NCBI RefSeq assembly: GCF_001949145.1
Contig: NW_019091360.1
Coordinates: forward strand, 3,160,864 to 3,224,863
From: Acanthaster planci
Taxonomy: Eukaryota
Direction of reading: 5' to 3'
Length of the DNA stretch: 64,000 bases
Part shown: positions 24,501-36,960 of the stretch, one piece after another
Numbering within the stretch: the first letter of the stretch is position 1
Layout of the letters: each line of letters starts with the position of its first letter
The notes under the pieces: model-generated
What the model saw: only the letters and a program-made list of their open reading frames with translations
The model's database searches: none
What the model was told of the DNA's origin: nothing
Program-made: the position numbers and the translations under genes

Positions 24501-27500
24501 AGTATGGGTTAAAAAGCCAGAAGTGACTCTTCATAATTGCGAGGCATGAAGTAAATGAATACAAAAATATTATGTTTGTTCAGCTGTGAAAAAATTTTTT
24601 TTTTAATTCCGACTGCAGGTTCGGAATGATGAGACAAGATGGACCCATTGAGTGTTTGCAAGTAATAACTAATATTTTGTTGATAAATTAATGAATTGAT
24701 CCACTGTCGTAATCATTTTGATAAAATCTTGTTGATACTAAATAAAAGAAGAATTAGGTGATGAAAAGTTATTGTTGATGTCTTGGTTGACTATTTTGAC
24801 TTAAAACTTTAAAAATGATATTGACTAAGCAGGACCTCATCCAAAAATCGGACAACAGGCAGCACCTCCTAAGCCAAGTGTATTCCTTCAAGTTCAACGT
24901 TACCTGTCCACTCTAAACTCTTGAAGTAAAAACATGCCAACATGAAGCTGGACTTGTGACATTGTTATGATGTGAAATGTGACTTTAAACTGACCAAAAA
25001 AACTTGAAACTTGACAACCACAAATTATACATGTTTGCAGATCCAGGATTTTCACGTGTGAATAAATTGACCAATATAAATTGTACAGTTTTGCACAGCG
25101 CCATATTTATTTTGATTTCTTGCTTTTAACTTCTGTTGATGTTTGGTGGGGCATATAAAACGCAGCTAGTACATGCAGCAACTGAATTGGAATAGTACAA
25201 AAATGCAAGGAACTGGTATAAGCTGGAACAAAAACGGACAAATTTATTTTCTTTGTAAATTACTGATTTGACGTTTTGGTGGTGCGCGTGAAAATTTGCT
25301 GAAAACTGCATGGATCCATGCATCTACATGTAAGAAGTGACATGAAACATTCTTGAAACAAGAAGAAAATGACTTGATAACAACTCACCCCTTTCTAACC
25401 TTCCTGAATTCATTGCTCCGCCGGTCACAAGTACAACCAATGTAACATTGATGCAGCCCACCAACCTGTGCTGTGTTCCCTAATGGCCATCGGCACGCGC
25501 AGCGAAGTGGAGCAGGTGCACGCCGACCTCTTCTGGTTCCTGGACCTCCGTTGATGGTTACACGATGAGGGCAAACTGCTGTGGCTGTGCTAGACACTCT
25601 TGGGGTTCTAAAAAGCAATTAAAAAATGAAGGAATTCTTGTACAAAATGTTTTGAGAATGAAGTATGCAATTACAACCAGATGTAAAACTTGTCAACACA
25701 ATTGTTTTCTTTTTTTTTAAATTTTCCTCAAGAAAACACAAAATAGATAACATTATTTAAGATATTTTATTTGAAACGCATGTAATTTGGTAGTTTCCAT
25801 AATAAATTGAGAGAGCAAATATAAAAACCAGGAAGGCGATTTGTCAGTGTTCAAGCTTTTCTATATGCTCAGTTCAAATCAAACACCAGGTACATGTACA
25901 TATTGGGGTACATGTGTACATGTACATGTCTTTTTCCTTCCTCCATGATGCACTACAGAAATGTGTTGGCTTTTTGGATGCTGCTTTTTCACCATTGAAG
26001 AACCTGCACCTTATTATGTAACAAGCCATAGACCTGAAGAAAGAGCATTGCCTAAGCATTGTCTGCAACCAGCTTGACAGCTCTCATTAGCCATGCAGGT
26101 CAAATTTTGAATTTGAGTAGTGGAAGAGGTCACTGGACATGCTCAATCCTGCCAGCAAATGCCTGCTTTTGCAGTTGACACATATGGTAACCATGAATGC
26201 TGTAAGGTGCAGATAACTATATCAAAAAATATTTTCGGTGGGTTGGGTGGTGGGCGAGTGAGTGAGCAAGTCAGGGGGAAAAGGGGAAAAATAAATCTAA
26301 ACTAAAATAAAACTACAAATAAAGTTGAACAGGAGAAAGCTTGAAACAGGAAAAAAGGAAAATTTCTGAAAGCAAAATTCACTTTCAGTAGAAAAGATTA
26401 AAAAACTAACTGCGCAGAACCTAGTTCCAGTTTCAAAGTGAAGCCTTCCATGGAAATCACAAAGAATCCTGGCGGAATTTAAGTAAGGCACAAGGTTTCC
26501 GAACAATTTTGAAAGTTTTGTTGCCTTCAGGGATGAGATTTGGACATAAGAAATTCACAACAAATTCCCAACCAAACAGAAGCATGACAATCACAGTATA
26601 AATACATGTACAGGTGCACATACTATGAACAGAGTGGTATGTACCTTGCTGAAGATAGTGAGGAATCTTTTTATTCCTTTTAAGAGGTTTTCACGTGATG
26701 TTTTAACATGACAGGCCAAGGCATTTCAGGGAGCATACCGCTACCACGTCTGTGGAGGTGTGTGCATTTTCAAATCTCTGTATTTCTATTTGCAATTCCA
26801 TGTAAGGCGGAATGTTGAGAGACTTAGATGGTGCACGCATTTCTGCTCACATCTGTGTACAGGTACATGTAAGTTGAACGCTGATCATCGAAACTCGTGA
26901 CTGAAACTCCTTTATATGATATGCACAACAAAAAAATTCTCATAACCATGACATTTCATTTTAAGAACCAATGAGCCAGTTTCATAAATGATGGCTGTGA
27001 TAAATACATGAGTAACAAGTTCGACTGAAATTCTATTTCATTCCAACATCCTTTGTTTTTCCTGAGTTGTTTGGGTGTCTTTTTTTTTAAGTTATCAGTA
27101 ATAATCGCCAGTGATGAAACTTAACTTCAAGAATCCAGATAAGTGGTTACCTACATGTACCTTACCCTCCAATCATGACCCAGGTTCGAATCCCACCTAG
27201 GTTGACATGAGGAGAGCAGCAAGGAGTCAGAGTGAGCACCGAAGTGTACAAAACCCCTGAAATTGGCCAAAATACTTGTGCCAATAAATACAATGTGCAT
27301 GTAGAATAAAATATCTTACGTTTTGACAAGTCCAAGAAGTCTTGATCCAAGTGGATTTGACGCCCCTTCTGCAGGCATCTATGAAAGAAGTGTCTCTCTT
27401 CAACCTGAAGGAGAATCACACAAACATCATGCAATTAAGAATTTTTTACTGTTGACAAAAATAAGCTTTCCCTCAGCCTGTGCTGTACCTTCATGGATCT

Positions 27501-29259
27501 TACCAAAGTACAAACACTTCAGAAGTTATAGGCCTTCAAAGATGCTACCCTAATAAATCACCCATTTGGGGCGGGTGCAAAAAGGTGATGTGGCATGCAG
27601 ATTTTGAAAGGGCTATAACAGAAAACTGTTAAAGATATCAATTTGGAACTTGTGTTTTGTTCATTTGGCCCAGATATATTCAGAAATTCTTGGTAGTCAA
27701 TCTGATTGGCTGATGGAGTGGTGAGTTTGCGGATTGGTGAGATGTCCAACATGTACGGTACATGTATAATCACTGAAACCAAAGAATGTCATTTTCATCA
27801 ACATACAATCAACTTGATTTCTTTCTCTTACACAAAAACTGCACTGGATATTGGTTCATGAACCAGTCCCCAGTTTTCATCAAAGTTGTGCTGATATCCT
27901 TGTGCTGATATCATAATTTACCATCCAAATGAATCACCACAAATATCACGATAGTAATGTATATTACCAGCTGCACATGTACCGGTACATGTGTATGTAA
28001 CAATTCTGAGTGTTTTCAAGGTCACAATCCATGTGCATCTCTGTTAAAGTATTAGCCTGGTATTCAATGTCTATAAACCACACTGAACACCTGTGACATA
28101 CGTACATGTACATGTACATGAGTTCATCATCATGCAGCACATCAAGGAAAGATTGCTGAAAATGTATCAAAATGTTTCGGGAAAGATTTCCTTTTCGAGT
28201 ATTTTCCATTTAAATTCATTTAGTGATTGAGTGAAGCACCATCTTGTGACAATCCACGCACTATTCTCCATCTAGAGGCTAGATAGGACATGGCATACGA
28301 TACACGTACACGTTTCATTGAAAGTTTGGACGGTTTTTCAAACTACTGTGGCACGCGCACATCACGTACTGTATGCCACAATTAGTCTGGCGTGTCTGGC
28401 TGAAGAATTCGTTGCTCTATTTTCTCTCTCTTTTATAAGGAAAATGATTGAAATCTGGTTTGGATACGAGCAGCTGGTGAACTCCCTCAGTCCAGACTCA
28501 AGGATAATTGTGTGGCTGGAATTGCCTTCAATTCTAAATGTGTTAAAAAAATGTTAGAAAAATCAAACTAAAGGCATAAGGCCTGACCTGTCAATGACAG
28601 GCTAAAAGCTATTACAACAAAGCGATATGTACATGTAAGGTCCTAATTAACGATTCCGTTAGGAGTTGGTTTTTGACAACACAGCTGGCTCTCCAAATTA
28701 GTCAAATTTTTCAACTTAAATCCCTTCACAAGTAGGCTCTGTTTACTGGAATCTGCCGGAAATCAGTTTATATCCCGCAATTTGTGAACAATTTTGATTT
28801 CATTGAATTTGATGGTGTTACCGGTATTTATTTTTATCCACAGAATTCGAACACTTGTGGAATAACTGGTTGGTACAACTGAGACATATTTACCCCAAAA
28901 CAAATAATTAAAGGCAGCCATGATGCTATACCGAGACTTGATCGAATGTGTCCATAAGGGTTTCATCTAGAGCAGTTCAAACAGGGTTATGTGAAATCGG
29001 TCACTGTTATTATTTAAATTTGTTTAAAGGTACAGTCCATCATTTGCAGTAATCTAAAAACCAACTGACCAAACTGTTGAAAAGCATACATGTACAGTAC
29101 TCTTTTAACGGTTATGGAACTAAACTCCCTGTGAATACTTTTTTCTGGCCAACTGCTGGCTGTTGTGAAGAAAACCACGAGGACCGTTTCCAACAATGTG
29201 TCTAAAGACATCAGAAGCACGTGTAAGCGTTAACAAGACACGCAAGCACAGTTATTATA

Positions 29260-29409
29260 GAGCGTTTTCAAAACAAGTGGATTCAGCTTAGACTTTGGTT
29301 TTGCTGGTTCCAGCCATTTCGAAGCAGCGTTCGAAACAACTTGTTCAAGCTCTGACCGAAACCAGCAAAATCAAAGTCTAAGCCGAATCCTTTGGTTTCG
29401 AAAACACTC
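29260..29409. mobile_element. 150-bp MITE (Harbinger/Tourist-like)
   Basis: ~50-bp imperfect TIRs (GAGCGTTTTCAAAAC../..GTTTCGAAAACACTC) with 3-bp flanks ATA/ATA. Confidence 0.75.
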
Positions 29410-30910
29410 ATAGATCATCAGTTCAGCGGGAGACATTGCGTTACTGCATTCAAATGAATGTGAGAATGCTGAATTCAGTCACAACTTAAAGCAAGACTCG
29501 GCAACTTTGGATCTGAAATCAAAATCCTACTGGTAGAAATTGTTTTTCACAAAATGCTAGTACCATATTCACTGAGCCCAAACTTCATCAGGTTTGTTCT
29601 TAGGCACCCTTCTTTAAATTTTGAGAAATTTTGTTGCCTGAAAGGAACATGAGTACACAGACGACAAGTGATGGACTGTGCCTTTAACAAGAATTCTTCT
29701 TGCTCATTCTCTTAAACCAACTTTGAGTAAAATAGCTTGGTTTCGATTTCATGCGTTTGTTTTAAAAAGTTTTCATCATGATGGATCAACTAAAAAATCA
29801 GACTGAACTGTTGATGCAGAACACCTTTTATATTTATTTTATTTTGCTGGTGAGGGATTGTTGGGTTATTTTGTCCATTTTTAATTATGTCTTTTGTTAT
29901 CCATTCTCATTGGAGACTTTATAGAAGTAAATACTTTTTGCTTAGTGTTTTGTCTCTTAAGAATCCGTTACTGTACTAGAACATGTATATTGTCAACTCT
30001 AGAAATATGCATTTATATTTTTACAATTTGGTGGTGAACAAATAATTAAATAACTGGAAAGATTTTTCTGAGGGATCAAAATTGAAAGGTGTTTATTTTG
30101 TGGAGCTGCAGTCTTTAATAAAGTGAGCGGAATGAAGAGGGAAACAAGGTTGTGCCCAGGACAATGTGCTTTCTGTCTTGTTCTATCATACAGCTTTGTA
30201 CAATAAACAACTGCTGAACTACAGGCTAGCAAAATGTGTCACCACGCATGCGCAATGCATGCATGCTGTGGTGTGTGCCTTGCCCTTTCACAATTTTCGT
30301 TGCGCATTTGTCCGTTTCTGAACCTTTTTCATTTGTGTAATTTCACTTGCTTTCCGTCAAAAACTAATTCCGTGTCAGTGTATAGCCTGCAATGTGAGAC
30401 GGAGTACCAAAAACGGAAGCAAAGTTTGAAGAGACAACGTACTAGGCTGAAAATTCGGTCCGATTCAAGGTCATCACGTCAGTAGAACTCTGCACCCAAA
30501 ACACCGCAGGGTCACAGGCAAGTCGCCCAAGCACGCCACACTGCCACAGAGCGTGCGCTCGGCAAGCTAGCACATGTGCAATACCGAACTCAGTGACCTT
30601 TCGGGCTCGACATTTCCGTCCGAAAAGGTGGATCAAGCGCTAGTGGGAACGTGACTTGTGGTTTCGTTGCGGTAAGATAACAATCGCACCAAAATGCTGG
30701 ATCAAGATCCACCTTTTTCCAATTCAAGTGGGAATGCGCTGTATGAATTGCAGTTCACTACATTGAAGATTACCATGCTCTGTGGTTTTACATGTTTATT
30801 GGAAATAAGGAAACTAGATGGTGTGTGGTGTGCGAGACATTTTACAGATGTTGCCTTCCGATAATCAAGACATTGCAATTTTTAGACCTTTGAAACCTCA
30901 GAAAACAACG

Positions 30911-31244
30911 ATAATAATAATAGTCAGTTCTTTTATAGCACATATTGCAGAATGTGTCTATGCGCATTATACCTGTACATTGGGCTCACATCCTCTGAAC
31001 ATTCCGAAAACCATCTCAGCTCCCTGGGGAGTATACTAGCCTGATGCTGCCATTTTGGTGCAAACGGCTACACATAACCATGTCTGCCTTCACAGGTACC
31101 CGTTTACAGGTACTTCTGGGTACAGAGGGGCACATAGTGATAAAGTAACTTGCCCAAGATCGCAACATGCTGCCACCAGCTGGATTCGAACCCCTGACCT
31201 TATGATCAGAAGCTACAAACCCTAACCACTGGGCCACATGCCCC
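30911..31244 (-). mobile_element. Full-length tRNA-derived SINE
   Basis: A box TGGCCCAGTGG, B box GGTTCGAATCC, central GTAAACGGGTACCTG core, LINE-like tail ending (TAT)n. Confidence 0.85.
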
Positions 31245-34009
31245 AGTGCAATAGTACAGACACGCATACAGACTAAAGTGAGTCACTTTCTTGAATGTTA
31301 ATTCATAATCTTGACAAAACTGAAAAAAATTCAAGTGTATTATTTCCACCCAGTTCATGTTCTCAAATGCTCAGTGAATTTCAAGCAAAAATACATGTAT
31401 ATTTCAACCCCACAGAGATAATTGAAGATAAAAGAGCAAATTCAAATAGACATTTAAAGCTTGGGTCACAAACTAGAAAGAATGACAGTTGATGTAATAC
31501 TGCTTGTGAAATCACCGAATGGTTTGTTAAATGATCGCACCATATACTGCTCGGCCACTGCGTACTCGGGCTTTGCCGTCACCACATGGGAAATCCTGCT
31601 GCGCTACATGTATGTTACAACAGAATGTGCTCATATGCTCAGTCTTTACCTCCCACTTCCTATGCTACCGGTATCTGCAACCCTGTTTTAATGTTTGGAC
31701 TAAAATCCCAATTTCCGAAATACTGAAAAAAATTCACCGTCTGAAATTGGAATTCAAAACCACGTATCCAAAACTGAAAATAAAAATATTTTTAAAATCT
31801 GGATCGACCTTCCTTAGCAAAAGAATTTCCCCCATTAACCTGGCACATACGAAGGGAGCGATTTCCCTAAAAAGAGGTTATTGTCCAGCTCAAATACACA
31901 TCAACTTATAATCTTTCGTAAGATGTCAGTGTTTTGTGAACTCTTGGTTTCATTGACTGTAATCGCAAGGTGTGGAATTTCTGCCAAAGCAGCAGTGCGG
32001 CCTATCATCAAAGAACAAATACAGCCCTATGCTCAACCTGTTTGTGTGTGGTGGAATATTGCCGGGAAATGACAAAGTATTTCCAACTGCACTTGGCGGA
32101 ATGGAGTTGGTGTTTTTGATTGTAAGGCGTAACTGCAGCAAAGCTATCCCATCCCCCCCCCAAAAAAAAGGATCAGTATTGCACTTCAATCCACAAAGCA
32201 AACAAACTTCGATCATGCCTTGAAAAAATCCACTAGTCTTGAGGGGTTCATCTGAGAAAGTTAATAACTGGACAGTTACATGTACAACGTGGGTGTAACC
32301 TTTGCAAAACGGAGCTTGCATACATGTACGTGTAGGTACTGGGTACCATACCAGTACATCAGGGATCTATTGCATCTAAGCTGAGCCACATGAAAGCAAA
32401 GCAATCTACCAGTGCTTCAGCTGCATCAGGTTTGAGCAAAAGTTTGAGACAGTCAAACATACATCAACATGCAAATAGGTTGCCATGAGCCAAAAAGATC
32501 TCTAAACTGATCGTCGACCTTATATATACCAGGTGAGATTTCAGCCCAAACAGCAATTACATGTAATTCAGGAGCACAAAAATCAGAAAAAACCTGATTC
32601 ACAGAGCAAGTACCGGTACTTTGGGTAAGTGGTCCACTGTGACCAAAAATACAGTATTTCCTACAATGTGAATCAACATTTGAATCAACAAGAGTCATGC
32701 ATGTACATGTACTGGAACACGCATGACTTGACTCTTGGCAAATCAGAAACCTTGCTCAACTCACACTTTGGTTAACTTCACATTTTTCTCTCCACCCCTG
32801 TGATGTTTGACATGATGAGATTTCACTGTAGTAATAATATGAAATGCTTCATGAAGTGGTGATGTACTATCACTACTTACTGACTGTAGACTGACTACAT
32901 GGACCGTTCAATGTGTACAAGTTTACATATTCTTAGGATTTGATGGCGTAGCATTTTTGGAATGCTCACATAATCAAAGTGAATGACGCTTAACGCACCA
33001 TAAGATAAAATTAAAGGATTACCAAGTTTCAAATTATCTTCATGCAGTCAGAAATAGAATAAAAAATCCTACCTTTTGGCCAAAGCCGAGACCCTGTTGT
33101 TCCAGATGGGACAGGGCACTCCTTCTGCATGTCAATGTACATGAGGCAGTTGCACTTGTTAACCTGAGGGAGAATCCAAGAAATATACAAGTTGAAAAAT
33201 AACGAGTTATGACTTTTACAATGTACATGTACAGTACACAGTACATTTCCATGTACGGTGTATGGTCAGTAGTACTCCTCAGCTTGGACCACACCACTAC
33301 CGTATCTTGTGACATCTTTCGTGTGAATAACACTCACTTTTCTGATTAAACATTTACATCAAATGGAAAATCGACTCAAACAGTTCAACTGTGTGTATTT
33401 TGTCAGTTCATTATGTATACCATGGGGTGTACCAAGGGCATGTTGATAGCTTTGGCAATTTGGAGGTACCAGCGGTGTGAAATTTATTAGTTTTTTGAAG
33501 TGATAATGCTAGAACTTGGTGAGATTTCAGGGCGAAAAATTAATATTTGAACTTTGCTAGGGATCGGTTTTTTTTTGAGGGTGAGTAGGGTTGCTCAACG
33601 GCTTACATGTACACATACAAGGTACATGTACCGGTGGGTGCCCATTTTATTTTTAAGAGTCCCATGACATGGCGCACTCCACCTTACATTTGACTTTCCT
33701 CTCACAGCATTTGCTAAACTTTTTTGTTGAAAAACTCAAAAAGTCATTTGGTTACGGTGTTAAACCTCTGTGAACAATTTCTCAAGATCGAACAGGATTT
33801 TCCGTTCTGGTAAGAAAACACTCACCTCTGTTTACCTACATTTGCATATCAGCGTGCATGCGCATCAAACCTCACTGAAAAAGTCCCCCAAGTCACACCC
33901 TCCACGCCCACTGCATGTCCCCCATAAAAGGCTGTGTAGCACTAAGACTCGTCCTTGTTTTTGTTTTTTCAGATCTCTCTCCAGACTTTTTTTTTGAGTA
34001 GGGAGGGAT

Positions 34010-34107
34010 GGTTAACAGAGGCGAGTGTTTTCTTACAAGAACAGAAAATACTGGAATTCCATTACAGAAAACAACTCTCCTCTGTTTACCTACATTTACA
34101 GATTAGC
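34010..34107. repeat. DIRS internal complementary region (ICR)
   Basis: 34010-34053 is the reverse complement of 33793-33836, and 34055-34097 is the reverse complement of ~39326-39367 (both imperfect). Confidence 0.85.
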
Positions 34108-34299
34108 ACCGTTAGGTAACAATTTGGGAGGGAAGGGACATGCAGGGTAACGAAAGTCTAAACTGAGCCCATTCAAAGACGAAAAAGGTTGTTTAGACAT
34201 TCCCGGAAGCTGCCTATCTAGTTGTGAGAAATGATAACTTTTTGGGGTGTAGAGGCTGCTGATCGGCCAACCTGCTTAAGGGTTTTCCCGCTCATGACA

Positions 34300-34700
34300 C
34301 CCTCTATTTGAACCACATTCTTCAGGTAGCGTCAAGTCAAGGTGAGATTCTCCCAGCAGGCCGTTTTCATTATACATGTATCTGAAACAGAAACTCCAAG
34401 CCCGTGGGCCCAGGATGTTGACGTGCTGCTTGTCTCATGGGCACCTGTTTTCGATCCTCAATATCGAGAGGACTTAGACGTATTATTGCCTCCGATCTTA
34501 ACTGAGTGATTGTGGTCACAGAGGCCGGGCAAAGTAGTTGGATGGTCGTGATGAACAACTGCTTGACGTCACCTCATAATGGCTGCATACGAGCAAAGAA
34601 ATACGTGGAAGCTTGTACGGGAGACCACCATAAATCCTCTGCCATTGTTGAAATCGCTGTCAAACTTGGGATGAAGCTATCTGAGGAAAAGAAATCGGTT
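34300..34700 (-). pseudogene. DIRS tyrosine recombinase C-terminal remnant
   Basis: SPVQASTYFFARMQPL*GDVKQLFIT..SVTTITQ; GAHETSSTSTSWAHGLGVSVSD(TC)IMKTACWENLTLT*RYLKNV matches the HxxR..SWA..W..Y box of DIRS recombinases. Confidence 0.75.
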
Positions 34701-35751
34701 GAATGATCTGCGGTCAGAGACCCCATGTGGGTTCCCGGTGAAGGTGGCCTGGTTCTGTGGACTAGGCACAGAATAGACCCCCACGTAAAAATGTTCAGGA
34801 AGCCATCAGAAATACCATTTTAATGGCAGGCTGAAGAAGAGCAGAAGCCTCTACTAGATCAATGGGAGGCTTGGGAAGCAATGATAGAACGATACCTTGA
34901 TCCCCCTAAATGTTTAAAGAAATAGATGATCTGAAGACCAGAGGTAAGCCAAAGAAGAAAATTCCTGATGGTAGGTGAGGATGAAGAATTTGGGATCGAT
35001 AGCTGTCGTCTTCGTAAAGCGGAGAAGCCAGCTACCATAAGCCTGCCTGTTAGGCTCCACCTGTTTCGTGGGCTACTGAGGCAAAACCTACTTCCCAGAG
35101 GTCAGCTACTCAGAGGGAAACTGTGACATCATCCAAGCACACTATTGAAGGGAGGCTGGATCCAGATGCGTAATTGGAGACCTGGTTAATTGAGTCTGGA
35201 GGTCTGGGCAGTCGAGGAGCCTGACTGGAGAATAAATAAGTAGGCCCAGGAGGCAAGGGAACTGAGGCTGTTGTAGCCAAAATGAGGCAAAGAGAACATT
35301 CTGGATAATTCTGTCTCTCATTGGCAACTGGAAGTACCCATTCTAACAGGAAGGGGAGGTGCAGGCATGACTTCCCCCTCAATGTGGTTGGGCAACAAAT
35401 GAAGGGATCAGTCTGTGGGAGTGACGTTGCCCCATGGTGGGGCGTCAACTGAAGAAGTCTTCCTCTGTCCAGTGGGTGGCTTGAAGAGAGAAAAGTTAGC
35501 ATAATGATTGAGGTCCAGCCGGTCTGGAGTCTAGAGGCAATGGGCCTCATGCAGCACGGTCTGGTGGATCTTGTTATCAAAGGGAACAGGCTACAGCCAT
35601 TGGCTGCAGATGGGCAAAGGCCACTTGGCCTCAAATACAACCTCTCAAAATACCAGAGGGGAACGAAGGTCAACTGAAAAGAGCCCCAGGCTGTTTTGAA
35701 AATTTGTGTTGTGGACGAATTAATTTACAAAGTGTGTTCGTCCCTTCAATA

Positions 35752-35918
35752 CGGGCGTTTCACAATAGTGCGCCTCCAAGAGTTTACAATGCATTGACCA
35801 ACACAGAGTGCAAAATCTGTCGACCCTTTCCAAACGCACATTGGGTCAACTGATTTTGCGCACTGTGATTGGTCAACGCCTTGCAAACTCTTGGAGGCTC
35901 ACTGTTGTAAAACGCCTG
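35752..35918. mobile_element. Palindromic MITE nested in the DIRS element
   Basis: ~75-bp imperfect inverted arms (CGGGCGTTTCACAA../..TTGTAAAACGCCTG). Confidence 0.8.
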
Positions 35919-36904
35919 AATTTCAAGAGGGTGCTTAACTTTGAAATTGCAACCCCCCCTTTTTTTTAATACTGCTTATTTAATAAGCCGTGTAATTACA
36001 TGTTTGTGTACTGAACGGTTGTACAGTAAGTATATCAGTAAAAAAGTGACTGTACATGTACATGTTATTTACCATGTGGTGTTGTATGGGCACCGTTGCA
36101 TCCATTACTGATCACAAGGACCCCAAAAGTAGCAGTGCTATTTTGTGTGTGTGTTTTGTGGAATTAACAGCATAAAATGGGACAAAGACTGCCAAAAATC
36201 ACCAAGGTGACAAAACTTGCCTTATTTCCAAAGACAATGCCATTATGCACAACTTGCACCAGTCAGGTAACCACCATGGGAACCCATGGCGAGACTGGTC
36301 ACCCAAGGTCACACATCCTGTACATGTAGCATATCATTCCATGATGAAACCCTTGAAGCAGACAAAAACCTTGAGCCATGGTAAGGAAATTTGTGGGAAC
36401 ATGCTCGCCAAACTACAAGGAAACAACCTCGAAATATAATCATGAACGCAGGTAAACAGGAGCAATTTCTGTGAATAAGCCTGTACGACTTTCCGTGCAA
36501 CGTGGACGTGTTTAGGATGTGCAGGAAGACTCGTCGCAAAGGCTACTGTAACTAAAGTACCGGTACAGCCAGTGGGGGCCACTCCACGCCGAAATTTAGT
36601 GGACAAACGGTAACCAATAAGGGATGCTGCGGGTCCAGCATTATGCACCACTGCGACATGCAAGGTGTAGTGTATTGACACTATATGTACAAGTATCTTG
36701 TTCAAAAAATACACCAACCAGGCAGAGGATCACCAAAGTCTATCCAGTTCTTCTTTGGGAAGGCGCGGTGGTACAGGGACTAGAGCTGCAATGAGTCGAG
36801 TCATAGTTGCTCCGAGCGAGAACCAAAAGATGTGTAGCATCGTCATCACACCCCACTGCATCCAGCCACCTTATATACATGTAAACAGCCCCATCTTCAA
36901 CATC

Positions 36905-36960
36905 TCTTCAGTCTCCTAACGACGGACTGAGCACGCAGTCCGAAACGTTCAGTATACTCC
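36905..36960 (+). ncRNA. Degenerate minimal hammerhead-ribozyme-like motif (Penelope/retrozyme-type terminal repeat)
   Basis: CTAACGA-C-GGACTG-AGCACG-CAGTCC-GAAAC-GTTC: perfect 6-bp stem II between a CUGANGA variant (G5 to A) and GAAA. Confidence 0.5.

Larger units (their letters stand above)
18707..27880. repeat. Large imperfect inverted duplication centred on the N gap 23529-24194
   Basis: Reciprocal reverse-complement blocks: 18707-18750/27843-27881, 19145-19260/27305-27420, 20950-21287/25925-26270, 22150-22450/25320-25625, 22715-22855/24865-25025, 23300-23528/24195-24420. Confidence 0.92.

Noticed and set aside
18707..27880. Palindrome as a simple haplotype misjoin
   Set aside because: The spacer regions are far too diverged for alleles and the inverted unit also occurs within each contiguous arm; the orientation across the gap still needs long-read confirmation.
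30230..30700. CpG-rich promoter candidate (also 44680-45130)
   Set aside because: No linked first exon could be identified; may be repeat-derived.
31170..31244. tRNA gene
   Set aside because: The A/B boxes are followed by a SINE core and (TAT)n tail and there is no proper acceptor stem; it is a SINE head.
35110..35673. 187-aa ORF as an independent gene
   Set aside because: Lies within the DIRS element, mixes frames of decayed coding sequence and shows no coherent domain.
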